DNA from: Nemertoderma westbladi
Taxonomy: Eukaryota > Animalia > Xenacoelomorpha
Assembly: GCA_032718475.1 (NCBI GenBank)
Contig: JAUCBJ010008559.1
Span: 1 to 50,987, forward strand
Direction: 5' to 3'
Length of the DNA stretch: 50,987 nucleotides
Part shown: piece after piece, positions 37,620 to 49,689 of the stretch
Position numbering within the stretch: position 1 is the first letter of the stretch
Layout of the letters: every line of letters starts with the position of its first letter
Position numbers and translations under genes: made by a program
Notes under the pieces: generated by a model
Told to the model about the DNA's origin: nothing
Database searches by the model: none
The model's input: only the letters and a program-made list of their open reading frames with translations

Positions 37620-40600
37620 AGGTAAGGTCCCCAGATCCTGCTACCACTATGGCAGTAATGTGGTACTACCTGTAGCTGTCAGCCCAGTAGGGCAGACCCG
37701 ATAAGCATAGCCTATTCATTATTTAGTTGATCAAGAGTGGGTTGGTTTAGCCCCGTCAACTAAATAAGTTATTGAGGGCTATAGCTCCTAGGGCACCATT
37801 GAAGGCAAAGGCTTGATACGCACCTGCATTAGAGATGATACACGCCCCGCCCTGTCTATACTGGATACCTAACCCAAGAGGCACACTTGGTTCAGGGTGT
37901 AACAAATGAACCCCTACAGTCGGCAGCAGGGCTGTAGGCCATGGATAGGCGGAAGGTAATCAACCAATGGCTATAGACATGCTGACAAGGTCGGCGGAAG
38001 GTAATCAACCAACGGCGACCTACTGCGAAGACGCTTGTAGGAGTTGCGACCACAAGCGGTTTACTTCCGCAACTGAAATATATGAGTATGAGAACCCTCC
38101 AGGAGAAATACCGGCTCGGTCGTCGTCCGGGTCAACAAGGACCGCGTACCTCAGTGGTACACCAGGCTGGGGTCGATAAATTGGCTACTGGAACAGAAGA
38201 CAGAGAAGAAAGAAGAACCAACCTGTTGAAATGTAAAAAGACACTAAAGATTGCTACAATGAAGGCACGTACGCTGAAAGCACATACCAAACAGGGTGAC
38301 ATGGTCGCTCTGGCAATGGAATATAACATCGACATCATCTGCATCCAAGAACATCGGATTTGTCATGAAGACACTGCCATGAAGTACAATGACATTGGAA
38401 ATGGATGGACGTTAGTAACAAGCTCAGCAGTAAGAAACTCGGCCAATGCATCAATTGGAGGAGTAGGAATTCTGCTAAGCCCATTTGCACTTAAGACCCT
38501 AAACAACATCGAATCTATAAATTCCATGGTTATGATCGCAACATTTGATGGGAATCCCAAGGCAACAGTTATATGTTGCTACAGTCCAACCAATACCTCA
38601 GAACCAGAACAAGCAGTCAAGTTTTATGAAGAACTGACTGGACTTATAAAGGACATTCCGAAACACAATGTTAAAGCAGAAAACTTAGCAGCTCTTTTAC
38701 TAAGTTTGTTTAGTAATTTTTTTTAGTTATTGTTATTGTCTAGTTATTTTTATATTTATCTAAATATTTGACAATTAACCATTTTTAGATTAAGCACTGA
38801 CCACTTTATTTGTGTATTCTAATCTGTAGTCCTAAATTTAATTTTATTACTTCCCCGACTATTTTACCTAAAACATTATTGCATAGCGGGGACCCACATG
38901 GAAACGAGGTCCGCCTCATGTGGCTATCCCATTAAGTGACAATTTTATCGATATATCTCGCGGAAGATGTACTGTTCATATATTTTTCATACCATACTGA
39001 TTTTAATTCATAACAAAAATATCTCGTACTGTATCTATAACAATTGTATGGTTCCTAACGGTCTATACCAACTTAAATGTTATATATTATGTGTCCCGTC
39101 ACTAATAAATCAATATCAAATATCAAAGTCATTGCTGGTGACCTGAATGCGCAAATTGGCCCAGAAGACATCAAGGGTTACTCCTATAACACCAGTTCTA
39201 ACAGAAATGGGTACTTACTTTTAGACCTAATGGAAGACTGTGAATTGATACCAACAAACAACACATTCGAAAAGAGTAAGGGGAAGCTATGGACCTTTCA
39301 ATACCCTAATGGAACCAAAGCACAACTGGATTACATTCTTATAAACAAAAAGTGGAGAAACAGCATGATCAACTGCGAGGCATACAGCTCGTTCAACCTA
39401 ATTGGTTCGGACCACAAAATTGTGAAGCAAATCAAATATGACTGGGAGAAACTCAGAACTGACAATGCTGTAAAGGATGCTTATACAGTAGAAGTTCAAA
39501 ACCGCTTTGAAGCACTTCAGTCAATGGATGAAGACCAATACACCAATTCAATATACCAGAATATAATAACAGCCCACAAGGAATCAGCTAAGAGGCATAT
39601 ACCCCAGAAACCCAAACGAAAACAGTATGTGCCATGGCAAAACTCTGAGGTTACTTGTAAGAGAGAAGATCTTAAGATAGCCTACAAAGTTAAAACCGAA
39701 CAACCAACAACCGAAAACATTAACAAGGTTGAGAAAGCTAAGGACGATCTTAAATTGGCTTACAACATCAGCCAGGAAAAGTACATACAGGATAAAACTG
39801 AAGCAATTACAACTGCTCACATACAGTAACAATCAAGACTTACCCGGCAAACTGTAAATGAGGTATCTGGTCGGAAAAGTTGTGCAAAGGGGCGCCTCAA
39901 AGCCGATAGTCCTGAAAAACGTGTTGGGAAGTGGAAAAATCACTTCAGCAACTTGCTTGGGCAGCCACCAAACATCGAGGTCAGCCCTACAAGGAAAATA
40001 TATGACAAGACTCTACCTATAGAAACAGGGGACTTCACACCTGCCGAACTCCAAAGAAGCATTAAAAGCATGTCCAATAATAAAGCGAGTGGATTAGATG
40101 AAATCCCAGCGGAGGTATGGAAAACCGGAGTGCTAAACAGACCATTGTTGAATGTTTGCAACCGGATGTTAAAAGGGGAAAATCCACCACCAATTTGGAC
40201 TAAAGGTCAACTAAAGCCTCTCCCCAAGAAAGGAGACCTCGGCGTGGGATCTGTCTGCTTGTGGTAGCTGCCAAAATATACAATAAAATGATTCTATATA
40301 GGATTAGGCCTCACATAGAGAAACTACTGCGTAAGAGCCAAAACGGATTTCGACCAAGTAGATCAACAATAGCTCAGATACTTGCACTACGGAGACTGAT
40401 TGAAGGAATTAAGTCAAAGAATCTCCGCGCAGTCATGACTTTTGTGGACTTCAAGAAGGCATTCGACTCCATCCATAGAGGTAAAATGCTTGAAATCCTA
40501 AGAGCTGATGGAATACCAGAAGTAATTGTTGCTGGCATTGGATTGTTATATTGTGACACAGAAGCGCAGGTACTCTCACCAGATGGTGAAACTGAGTTTT

Positions 40601-41332
40601 TCTCAATCCTGGCTGGCGTACTGCAAGGTGACACATTAGCACCATTACTATTTGTAATTGTGCTGGATTACGCAATGAGGACGGCCACAAAGGGTGAATA
40701 TCTGGGATTCACACTTCAAGAACGCAGAAGTAGTAGATATCCGGCAACTACAGTCACAGACACCGACTTTGCGGATGGCATCGCCCTGCTCTCTAATACG
40801 CTAGCAGATGCACAGCTTCAACTAAATAAAGTGGAGAGGGCTGTTAAGGAGGTTGGATTGCATAAAAATGCTACAAAGACCGAATTCATGACCATTAATG
40901 TTGATGGAAACTTGACAACCATTGATAATAATCAACTAAGGAAGGTCAATGACTTCCAGTACCTTGGATCATGGATAGAGAGTAGCAAAAAGGACATAGA
41001 AGTTAGGAAAGCAAAGGCTTGGGTAGCTCTATCAAAAATGGATACCATCTGGAAATCAGATCTCTCCAGGCACCTGAAGACTAAGTTTTTTCGAGCCACA
41101 GTGGAAAGTGTATTTTTATACGGGGGTGAGACCTGGACACTGACTAAATTACTTGAACAACGAATTGATGGTTGCTACACAAGACTACTAAGGGCAGCCC
41201 TAAACATCAGCTGGAGACAACACATGAAAAACGCCGAGCTTTATGGTACAATACCACCTGTATCAACCACCCGCCGTGAACACAGATTAAGATTCAGTGG
41301 GCACTGCTGGCGAAGTAAAGACGAGGTCATAC
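37620..41332 (+). mobile_element. Near full-length decayed RTE-clade LINE (APE endonuclease plus RT), antisense in a BRSK intron; 5' boundary approximate
   Basis: ICIQEHR, GGVGILL, YSPTN, AGDLNA, QLDYIL, SDH; QNGFRPSRST, FVDFKKAFDS, GVLQGDTLAP, FADG (catalytic DD mutated), RLRFSGHCWR; stop at 39827 and frameshift near 40260; 3' end replaced by the satellite. Confidence 0.95.
38676..39125 (+). mobile_element. ~450-bp insertion in the RTE endonuclease, likely a CR1/L2-group LINE 3' end
   Basis: Splits PKHN-VK/IK-VIAGDLNA; contains a stem-loop (CCACATG...CATGTGG) and ends AATAAATCAATATCAAATATCAAA. Confidence 0.65.
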
Positions 41333-41334
41333 CA

Positions 41335-44300
41335 GCAACACTCACCGGAGTTTTCACTCCTCCGTGGGGGGTCGTGCAACACTCACCGGAGAATGCACCC
41401 ATTTCCGTGGTGGGTCGTGCAACACTCACCGGAGAATCCACCCGTTTCCGTGGAGGGTCGTGCAACACTCACCGGAGAATCCACCCGTTTCCTTGGAGGG
41501 TCGTGCAACACTCACCGGAGAATCCACCCGTTTCCGTGGAGGGTCGTGCAACACTCACCGGATTTGCGTGGAGGGTCGTGTAACACTCACCGGAGAATCC
41601 ACCCGTTTCCGTGGAGGGTCGTGCAACACTCACCGGAGAATCCACCCGTTTCCATGGAGGGTCGTGCAACACTCACCGGAGTTTCCACCCGTTTCCATGG
41701 AGGGTCGTGCAACACTCACCGGATTTGCGTGGAGGGTCGTGTAACACTCACCGGAGAATCCACCCGTTTCCGTGGAGGGGAGGGTCGTGCAACACTCACC
41801 GGAGAATCCACCCGTTTCCTTGGAGGGTCGTGCAACACTCACCAGAGAATCCACCCGTTTCCGTGGTGGGTCGTGCAACACTCACCGGATTTCCGTGGAG
41901 GGTCGTGCAACACTCACCAGAGAATCCACCCGTTTCCGTGGAGGGGAGGGTCGTGCAACACTCACCGGAGAATCCACCCGTTTCCGTGGAGGGTCGTGCA
42001 ACACTCACCGGATTTCCGTGGAGGGTCGTGCAACACTCACCAGAGAATCCACCCGTTTCCGTGGAGGGGAGGGTCGTGCAACACTCACCGGAGAATCCAC
42101 CCGTTTCCGTGGAGGGTCGTGCAACACTCACCGGATTTCCGTGGAGGGTCGTGCAACACTCACCAGAGAATCCACCCGTTTCCGTGGAGGGGAGGGTCGT
42201 GCAACACTCACCGGAGAATCCACCCGTTTCCATGGAGGGTCGTGCAACACTCACCGGAGTTTCCACCCGTTTCCATGGAGGGTCGTGCAACACTCACCGG
42301 ATTTGCGTGGAGGGTCGTGTAACACTCACCGGAGAATCCACCCGTTTCCGTGGAGGGGAGGGTCGTGCAACACTCACCGGAGAATCCACCCGTTTCCGTG
42401 GAGGGTCGTGCAACACTCACCGGAGAATCCACCCGTTTCCTTGGAGGGTCGTGCAACACTCACCAGAGAATCCACCCGTTTCCGTGGTGGGTCGTGCAAC
42501 ACTCACCGGATTTCCGTGGAGGGTCGTGTAACACTCACCGGAGAATCCACCCGTTTCCGTGGAGGGGAGGGTCGTGCAACACTCACCGGAGAATCCACCC
42601 GTTTCCATGGAGGGTCGTGCAACACTCACCAGAGAATCCACCCGTTTCCGTGGAGGGGAGGGTCGTGCAACACTCACCGGAGAATCCACCCGTTTCCGTG
42701 GAGGGTCGTGCAACACTCACCGGAGTTTCCACCCGTTTCCATGGAGGGTCGTGCAACACTCACCGGATTTGCGTGGAGGGTCGTGTAACACTCACCGGAG
42801 AATCCACCCGTTTCCGTGGAGGGGAGGGTCGTGCAACACTCACCGGAGAATCCACCCGTTTCCATGGAGGGTCGTGCAACACTCACCGGAGTTTCCACCC
42901 GTTTCCATGGAGGGTCGTGCAACACTCACCGGATTTGCGTGGAGGGTCGTGTAACACTCACCGGAGAATCCACCCGTTTCCGTGGAGGGGAGGGTCGTGC
43001 AACACTCACCGGAGAATCCACCCGTTTCCATGGAGGGTCGTGCAACACTCACCAGAGAATCCACCCGTTTCCGTGGAGGGGAGGGTCGTGCAACACTCAC
43101 CGGAGAATCCACCCGTTTCCGTGGAGGGTCGTGCAACACTCACCGGAGTTTCCACCCGTTTCCATGGAGGGTCGTGCAACACTCACCGGATTTGCGTGGA
43201 GGGTCGTGTAACACTCACCGGAGAATCCACCCGTTTCCGTGGAGGGGAGGGTCGTGCAACACTCACCGGAGAATCCACCCGTTTCCATGGAGGGTCGTGC
43301 AACACTCACCGGAGTTTCCACCCGTTTCCATGGAGGGTCGTGCAACACTCACCGGATTTGCGTGGAGGGTCGTGTAACACTCACCGGAGAATCCACCCGT
43401 TTCCGTGGAGGGGAGGGTCGTGCAACACTCACCGGAGAATCCACCCGTTTCCATGGAGGGTCGTGCAACACTCACCAGAGAATCCACCCGTTTCCGTGGA
43501 GGGGAGGGTCGTGCAACACTCACCGGAGAATCCACCCGTTTCCGTGGAGGGTCGTGCAACACTCACCGGATTTCCGTGGAGGGTCGTGCAACACTCACCA
43601 GAGAATCCACCCGTTTCCGTGGAGGGGAGGGTCGTGCAACACTCACCGGAGAATCCACCCGTTTCCGTGGAGGGTCGTGCAACACTCACCGGAGAATCAA
43701 CCCGTTTCCATGGAGGGTCGTGCAACACTCACCGGAGAATCCACCCGTTTCCGTGGAGGGTCGTGCAACACTCACCGGATTTCCGTGGAGGGTCGTGCAA
43801 CACTCACCAGAGAATCCACCCGTTTCCGTGGTGGGTCGTGCAACACTCACCGGATTTCCGTGGAGGGTCGTGCAACACTCACCGGAGAATCCACCCGTTT
43901 CCATGGAGGGTCGTGCAACACTCACCAGAGAATCCACCCGTTTCCGTGGAGGGGAGGGTCGTGCAACACTCACCGGAGAATCCACCCGTTTCCGTGGAGG
44001 GGAGGGTCGTGCAACACTCACCGGAGAATCCACCCGTTTCCATGGAGGGTCGTGCAACACTCACCAGAGAATCCACCCGTTTCCGTGGAGGGTCGTGCAA
44101 CACTCACCGGAGAATCAACCCGTTTCCATGGAGGGTCGTGCAACACTCACCAGAGAATCCACCCGTTTCCGTGGAGGGTCGTGCAACACTCACCGGAGAA
44201 TCCACCCGTTTCCGTGGAGGGTCGTGCAACACTCACCGGATTTCCGTGGAGGGTCGTGCAACACTCACCGGAGAATCCACCCGTTTCCGTGGAGGGGAGG

Positions 44301-44482
44301 GTCGTGCAACACTCACCGGAGAATCAACCCGTTTCCATGGAGGGTCGTGCAACACTCACCGGAGAATCCACCCGTTTCCATGGAGGGTCGTGCAACACTC
44401 ACCGGAGAATCCACCCGTTTCCGTGGGAGGGTCGTGCAACACTCACCGGAGAATCCACCCGTTTCCGTGGTGGGTCGTGCAA
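41335..44482 (-). repeat. 43-bp minisatellite (32- and 48-bp variants, ~75 copies) made of a BRSK exon end plus 5' splice site
   Basis: Minus-strand unit TTGCACGACCCTCCACGGAAACGGGTGGATTCTCCG|GTGAGTG = [12 protein letters not shown] plus donor. Confidence 0.97.
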
Positions 44483-44585
44483 CGAATGACGTTCTCGTAG
44501 AATGTCGGGGGCGTCTTCCTGACAAGGTTTACGCAACTTCCGGTCCAACAGAAGGTAGTAAATAACTCGTTCTTGGTTGTTATCG
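44447..44585 (-). CDS. BRSK: BRSK/SAD-1 kinase exon (UBA C-terminal half)
   Basis: TTTTGTGTAG|[25 protein letters not shown]...[12 protein letters not shown]|GTGAGT; 139 bp, phase 2 to 0; matches BRSK NQEKMIY.LLLDRK...[10 protein letters not shown]. Confidence 0.96.
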
Positions 44586-44731
44586 CTACACAAAAGTATT
44601 CAAATAAAGTCATAATGATTAATGACGTTTAATTTTCTATAAATGATCTTACTGAAGAATCACGGTTTATACTGAAGCCTTGGTTGTTACTAATGAAAAG
44701 TAAAGACAAGAGTCGGAAATATATTACTTAC

Positions 44732-44911
44732 ACATCGGCCAGTATTCTATCAACTAATTTATCTTTAGCTTTGAAGCAGCCAAGCGAATTCATGTTGGCT
44801 AGAACATCGGGGTCAATGTCTTCCTCGGAGATTAGGTTGACCTTGGATGACGACATTGACGACGTTGGGCCAGTGGAGAAGGGCATGGGGCCACGGTCGT
44901 CTTTCAATTTA
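44732..44911 (-). CDS. BRSK: BRSK/SAD-1 kinase exon (UBA N-terminal half)
   Basis: TATTTCAG|..KLKDDRG...EEDIDPDVLANMNSLGCFKAKDKLVDRILAD-V|GTAAGT; 180 bp, phase 2 to 2; matches BRSK EDIDPDVLDSM.SLGCF. Confidence 0.95.
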
Positions 44912-45019
44912 CTGAAATATACGAAATAAAGAATTATTTCTAATTAATGATAATTAGTTGACAAAAATTTGGTGAATGTACACAGATAATTCCCCAATAA
45001 AAATCTTAAAATGATGAAT

Positions 45020-45922
45020 GTTGAGTGTGTGTGAGTGAGTGTTGAGTGTGTGTGAGTGAGTGTTGAGTGTGTGTGAGTGAGTGTTGAGTGTGTGTGAGTG
45101 AGTGTTGAGTGTGTGTGAGTGAGTGTTGAGTGTGTGTGAGTGAGTGTTGAGTGTGTGTGAGTGAGTGTTGAGTGTGTGTGAGTGAGTGTTGAGTGTGTGT
45201 GAGTGAGTGTTGAGTGTGTGTGAGTGAGTGTTGAGTGTGTGTGAGTGAGTGTTGAGTGTGTGTGAGTGAGTGTTGAGTGTGTGTGAGTGAGTGTTGAGTG
45301 TGTGTGAGTGAGTGTTGAGTGTGTGTGAGTGAGTGTTAAGTGTGTGTGAGTGAGTGAGTGTTGAGTATGTGTGAGTGAGTGTTGAGTGTGTGTGAGTGAG
45401 TGTTGAGTGTGTGTGAGTGAGTGAGTGTTGAGTGTGTGTGAGTGAGTGTTGAGTGTGTGTGAGTGAGTGTTGAGTGTGTGTGAGTGAGTGTTGAGTGTGT
45501 GTGTGTGAGTGTTGAGTGTGTGTGAGTGAGTGTTGAGTGTGTGTGAGTGAGTGTTGAGTGTGTGTGAGTGAGTGTTGAGTGTGTGTGAGTGAGTGTTGAG
45601 TGTGTGTGAGTGAGTGTTGAGTGTGTGTGAGTGAGTGTTGAGTGTGTGTGAGTGAGTGTTGAGTGTGTGTGAGTGAGTGTTGAGTGTGTGTGAGTGAGTG
45701 TTGAGTGTGTGTGAGTGAGTGTTAAGTGTGTGTGAGTGAGTGAGTGTTGAGTGTGTGTGAGTGAGTGTTGAGTGTGTGTGAGTGAGTGTTGAGTGTGTGT
45801 GAGTGAGTGTTGAGTGTGTGTGTGTGAGTGTTGAGTGTGTGTGAGTGAGTGTTGAGTGTGTGTGAGTGAGTGTTGAGTGTGTGTGAGTGAGTGTTGAGTG
45901 TGTGTGAGTGAGTGTTGAGTGT
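45020..45922. repeat. 21-bp TG-rich minisatellite (~43 copies)
   Basis: Unit TGTTGAGTGTGTGTGAGTGAG. Confidence 0.97.
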
Positions 45923-46715
45923 GGCGCCAAATTTCTTACAAAAAGACAAAAGCGGTATTGTTATTTTACCGCTTCCCTCCCGAAGGTTTTCAATGTTTGA
46001 CTAAAGTGCAATGAATTGTACAATGAATGGTAAAAAATAATTATTTATTTCTGTATTCTTGATATAAACAAAATAATTACATAGCAAATTACACATTCAC
46101 CAGACTCTATCTATACTGTGACCTATACTGTATAGTTAGCCCTGACCTATACTGTATAGTTAGCCCTAAGCCGAGCTGCCTTCTCAGCTATCCATTAAAC
46201 CTGTTAACAAATTTCACGGTAGGTGGACCGGACCGTATGTATGCTGAGGTTATGTATCTTATCTTTTGGGTTTCTTAGAAAATAATTTTTCCTGATGCAT
46301 AACTTCAACTGACAGTGATAGCTGTGATTAAAAAATCACAGCCTTTCTGAATAGTAGTAAGTTTTACTCGATCTAATAATATCTGTGAAATATGGAAATT
46401 AGTAACTGGATTTCATTTAAGGAGTGTGGTAGTGACTGACTTAATTACAATATTGGGGAGTTTTGAGTCGGTGGGGTTGACTTGTGTACGAGAGGCTATT
46501 TACAGGAGCTTCGGTCAACCAATAGGGATCCCGCGGCTTAAATATGTTTTAATTATTAATGATTTTACCAGTCCAACAGTCAAACTAGGAACACACCAAT
46601 TATTTGTTTACAATTTTTTCAAAAAATTGCGCAATAAAATATGTTATAGCTTACATAAAGTATTACGTCAATAAAATATGTAAGGCTGAGTCGATACTTA
46701 TAATGGTTCTGATTG

Positions 46716-49020
46716 GTGTAACATATGGGTCTGATAGGTGTAACATATGGGTCTGATAGGTGTAACATATGGGTCTGATAGGTGTAACATATGGGTCTGG
46801 TAGGTGTAACATATGGGTCTGATAGGTGAAACATATGGGTCTGATAGGTTGTAACATATGGGTCGGATATGTGTAACATATGGGTCTGGTAGGTGTAACA
46901 TATGGGTCTGATAGGTGTAACATATGGGTCTGATAGGTTGTAACATATGGGTCGGATATGTGTAACATAAGGGTCTGATAGGCGTAACATATGGGTCTGA
47001 TAGGTGTAACATATGGGTCTGATAGGTGTAACATATGGGTCTTATATGTGTAACATATGGGTCTGATAGGTGTAACATATGGGTCTGATAGGTGTAACAT
47101 ATGGGTCTGACAGGTGTAACATATGGGTCTGATATGTGTAACATATGGGTCTGATGATAGGCGTAACATATGGGTCTGATAGGTGTAACATATGAGTCTG
47201 ATATGTGTAGCATATGGGTCTGATAGGTGTAACATGTGGGTCCGATAGGTGCAACATATGGGTCTGATAGGTGTAACATATGAGTCTGATATGTGTAACA
47301 TATGGGTCTGATATGTGTAACATATGGGTCTGATAGGTGTAACATATGGGTCTGATAGGTGTTACACATGGGTCTGATAGGGGTAACATATGGGTCTGAT
47401 AGGTGTAACATATGGGTCTGGTAGGTGTAACATATGGGTCTGATAGGTGTAACATATGGGTCTGGTAGGTGTAACATATGAGTCTGATATGTGTAACATA
47501 TGGGTTTGATAGGTGTAACATATGAGTCTGATATGTGTAACATATGGGTCTGATAGGTGTAACATATGGGTCTGATAGGTGTAACATATGAGTCTGATAT
47601 GTGTAACATATGGGTCTGATATGTGTAACATATGGGTCTGATAGGTGTAACATATGGGTCTGATAGGCGTAACATATGGGTCTGATAGGTGTAACATATG
47701 GGTCTGATAGGTTGTAACATATGGGTCGGATATGTGTAACATATGGGTCTGGTAGGTGTAACATATGGGTCTGATAGGTGTAACATATGGGTCTGATAGG
47801 TTGTAACATATGGGTCGGATATGTGTAACATATGGGTCTGATAGGCGTAACATATGGGTCTGATAGGTGTAACATATGGGTCTGATAGGTGTAACATATG
47901 GGTCTTATATGTGTAACATATGGGTCTGATAGGTGTAACATATGGGTCTGATAGGTGTAACATATGGGTCTGATAGGTGTAACATATGGGTCTGATATGT
48001 GTAACATATGGGTCTGATGATAGGCGTAACATATGGGTCTGATAGGTGTAACATATGAGTCTGATATGTGTAGCATATGGGTCTGATAGGTGTAACATGT
48101 GGGTCCGATAGGTGCAACATATGGGTCTGATAGGTGTAACATATGAGTCTGATATGTGTAACATATGAGTCTGATATGTGTAACATATGGGTCTGATAGG
48201 TGTAACATATGGGTCTGATAGGTGTTACACATGGGTCTGATAGGGGTAACATATGGGTCTGATAGGTGTAACATATGGGTCTGGTAGGTGTAACATATGG
48301 GTCTGATAGGTGTAACATATGGGTCTGGTAGGTGTAACATATGAGTCTGATATGTGTAACATATGGGTTTGATAGGTGTAACATATGAGTCTGATATGTG
48401 TAACATATGGGTCTGATAGGTGTAACATATGGGTCTGATAGGTGTAACATATGAGTCTGATATGTGTAACATATGGGTCTGATATGTGTAACATATGGGT
48501 CTGATAGGTGTAACATATGGGTCTGATAGGTATTACACATGGGTCTGATAGGGGTAACATATGGGTCTGATAGGTGTAACATATGGGTCTGGTAGGTGTA
48601 ACATATGAGTCTGATATGTGTAACATATGGGTTTGATAGGTGTAACATATGGGTCTGATAGGTGTAACATATGAGTCTGATATGTGTAACATATGGGTCT
48701 GATAGGTGTAACATATGGGTCTGATAGGTGTAACATATGAGTCTGATATGTGTAACATATGGGTCTGATATGTGTAACATATGGGTCTGATAGGTGTAAC
48801 ATATGGGTCTGATAGGTGTAACTAACATATGGGTCTGATAGGTGTAACATATGGGTCTGATAGGTGTAACACATGGGTCTGATAGGTGTAACATATGGGT
48901 CTGATAGGTGTAATATATGGGTCTGATAGGTGTAACATATGAGTCTGATATGTGTAACATATGGGTCTGATATGTGTAACATATGGGTCTGATATGTGTA
49001 ACATATGGGTCTGATATGGG
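46716..49020. repeat. 22-bp minisatellite (~105 copies) with 863-bp higher-order duplication
   Basis: Unit GTAACATATGGGTCTGATAGGT; rare variants (CTGATGATAGGCG, GTAGCA, GGTCCGATAGGTGCAAC) recur 863 bp apart. Confidence 0.97.
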
Positions 49021-49689
49021 ACAAGATTTGTTTTTAAAAGTAATACACACATTAATGGTTCAAAGCATTTCAATGAAATCCAAAATGAAAACGCACTAGT
49101 GACTCGTTGGTGAAAAGTAACCAAGAAAGTCTTCATTTAATAATGCTGGGAAAATTACAACGACTTTTCAATCTAAATATACAAACCGAGGATAATACGC
49201 ACCCGTAAATATTATAAAGGAGGCATTTGGCGCGTAGCTATATTAGTTGGTGAGAAGCAAACAAACAGGCAGGAAGGTAGGCAATATGGGAAAAGTGGAA
49301 TAGTCAGTCAAGGAAACACGAGATGTTAATTGAATCGATGGATGGAACCGGATGGAACGACACTTATAACAGGCGGGGGTTGAATGTGAACAACTGAAGT
49401 AATTGAATTGTAAGGAGTGGAGAGTCCCAGAGACATACCGGGGGACAATTATTCCTAATTGTAGAAGGAAATTCAATAATCTACTGAGGTGAGCGGAACC
49501 GCACCTATGTGCGGTGGGGGTAAGAGTGAGGGGGGGGGGGGGGGGGGGGGGGGTAGCTCAGATGATAGATGAATATTGTCTTTACAAAGTTGAACGCATA
49601 CCGAGGAAACAAAAACACCTATATATTTACCATCACAAAGAATAGCCAGGTACCGACCGTGAAGCAGGGCTATATTCACAGTAATCGAA

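Noticed and set aside
41297-44565. Long ORFs on + in all frames, including an apparent RT-repeat fusion (40261-41583)
   Set aside because: The unit lacks stops on +; the sequence derives from the minus-strand BRSK junction, and the LINE is already inactivated upstream.
45020-45922. TG-rich repeat as another donor array (contains GTGAGT)
   Set aside because: GTGAGT is on the strand opposite BRSK and no plus-strand exon adjoins it; explained by low complexity.
45969-45999. Possible BRSK micro-exon after TTGCACTTTAG
   Set aside because: No kinase C-terminal homology and the open phases do not give the phase 2 needed by exon 44911.
46716-49020. 22-bp repeat as an acceptor array (TATCAG on minus)
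   Set aside because: No BRSK-like exon found downstream of the last copy; pyrimidine tract is weak.
44944-49136. His/Thr-rich and PIRPICYTYQTHM ORFs
   Set aside because: Translations of 21- and 22-bp satellites.
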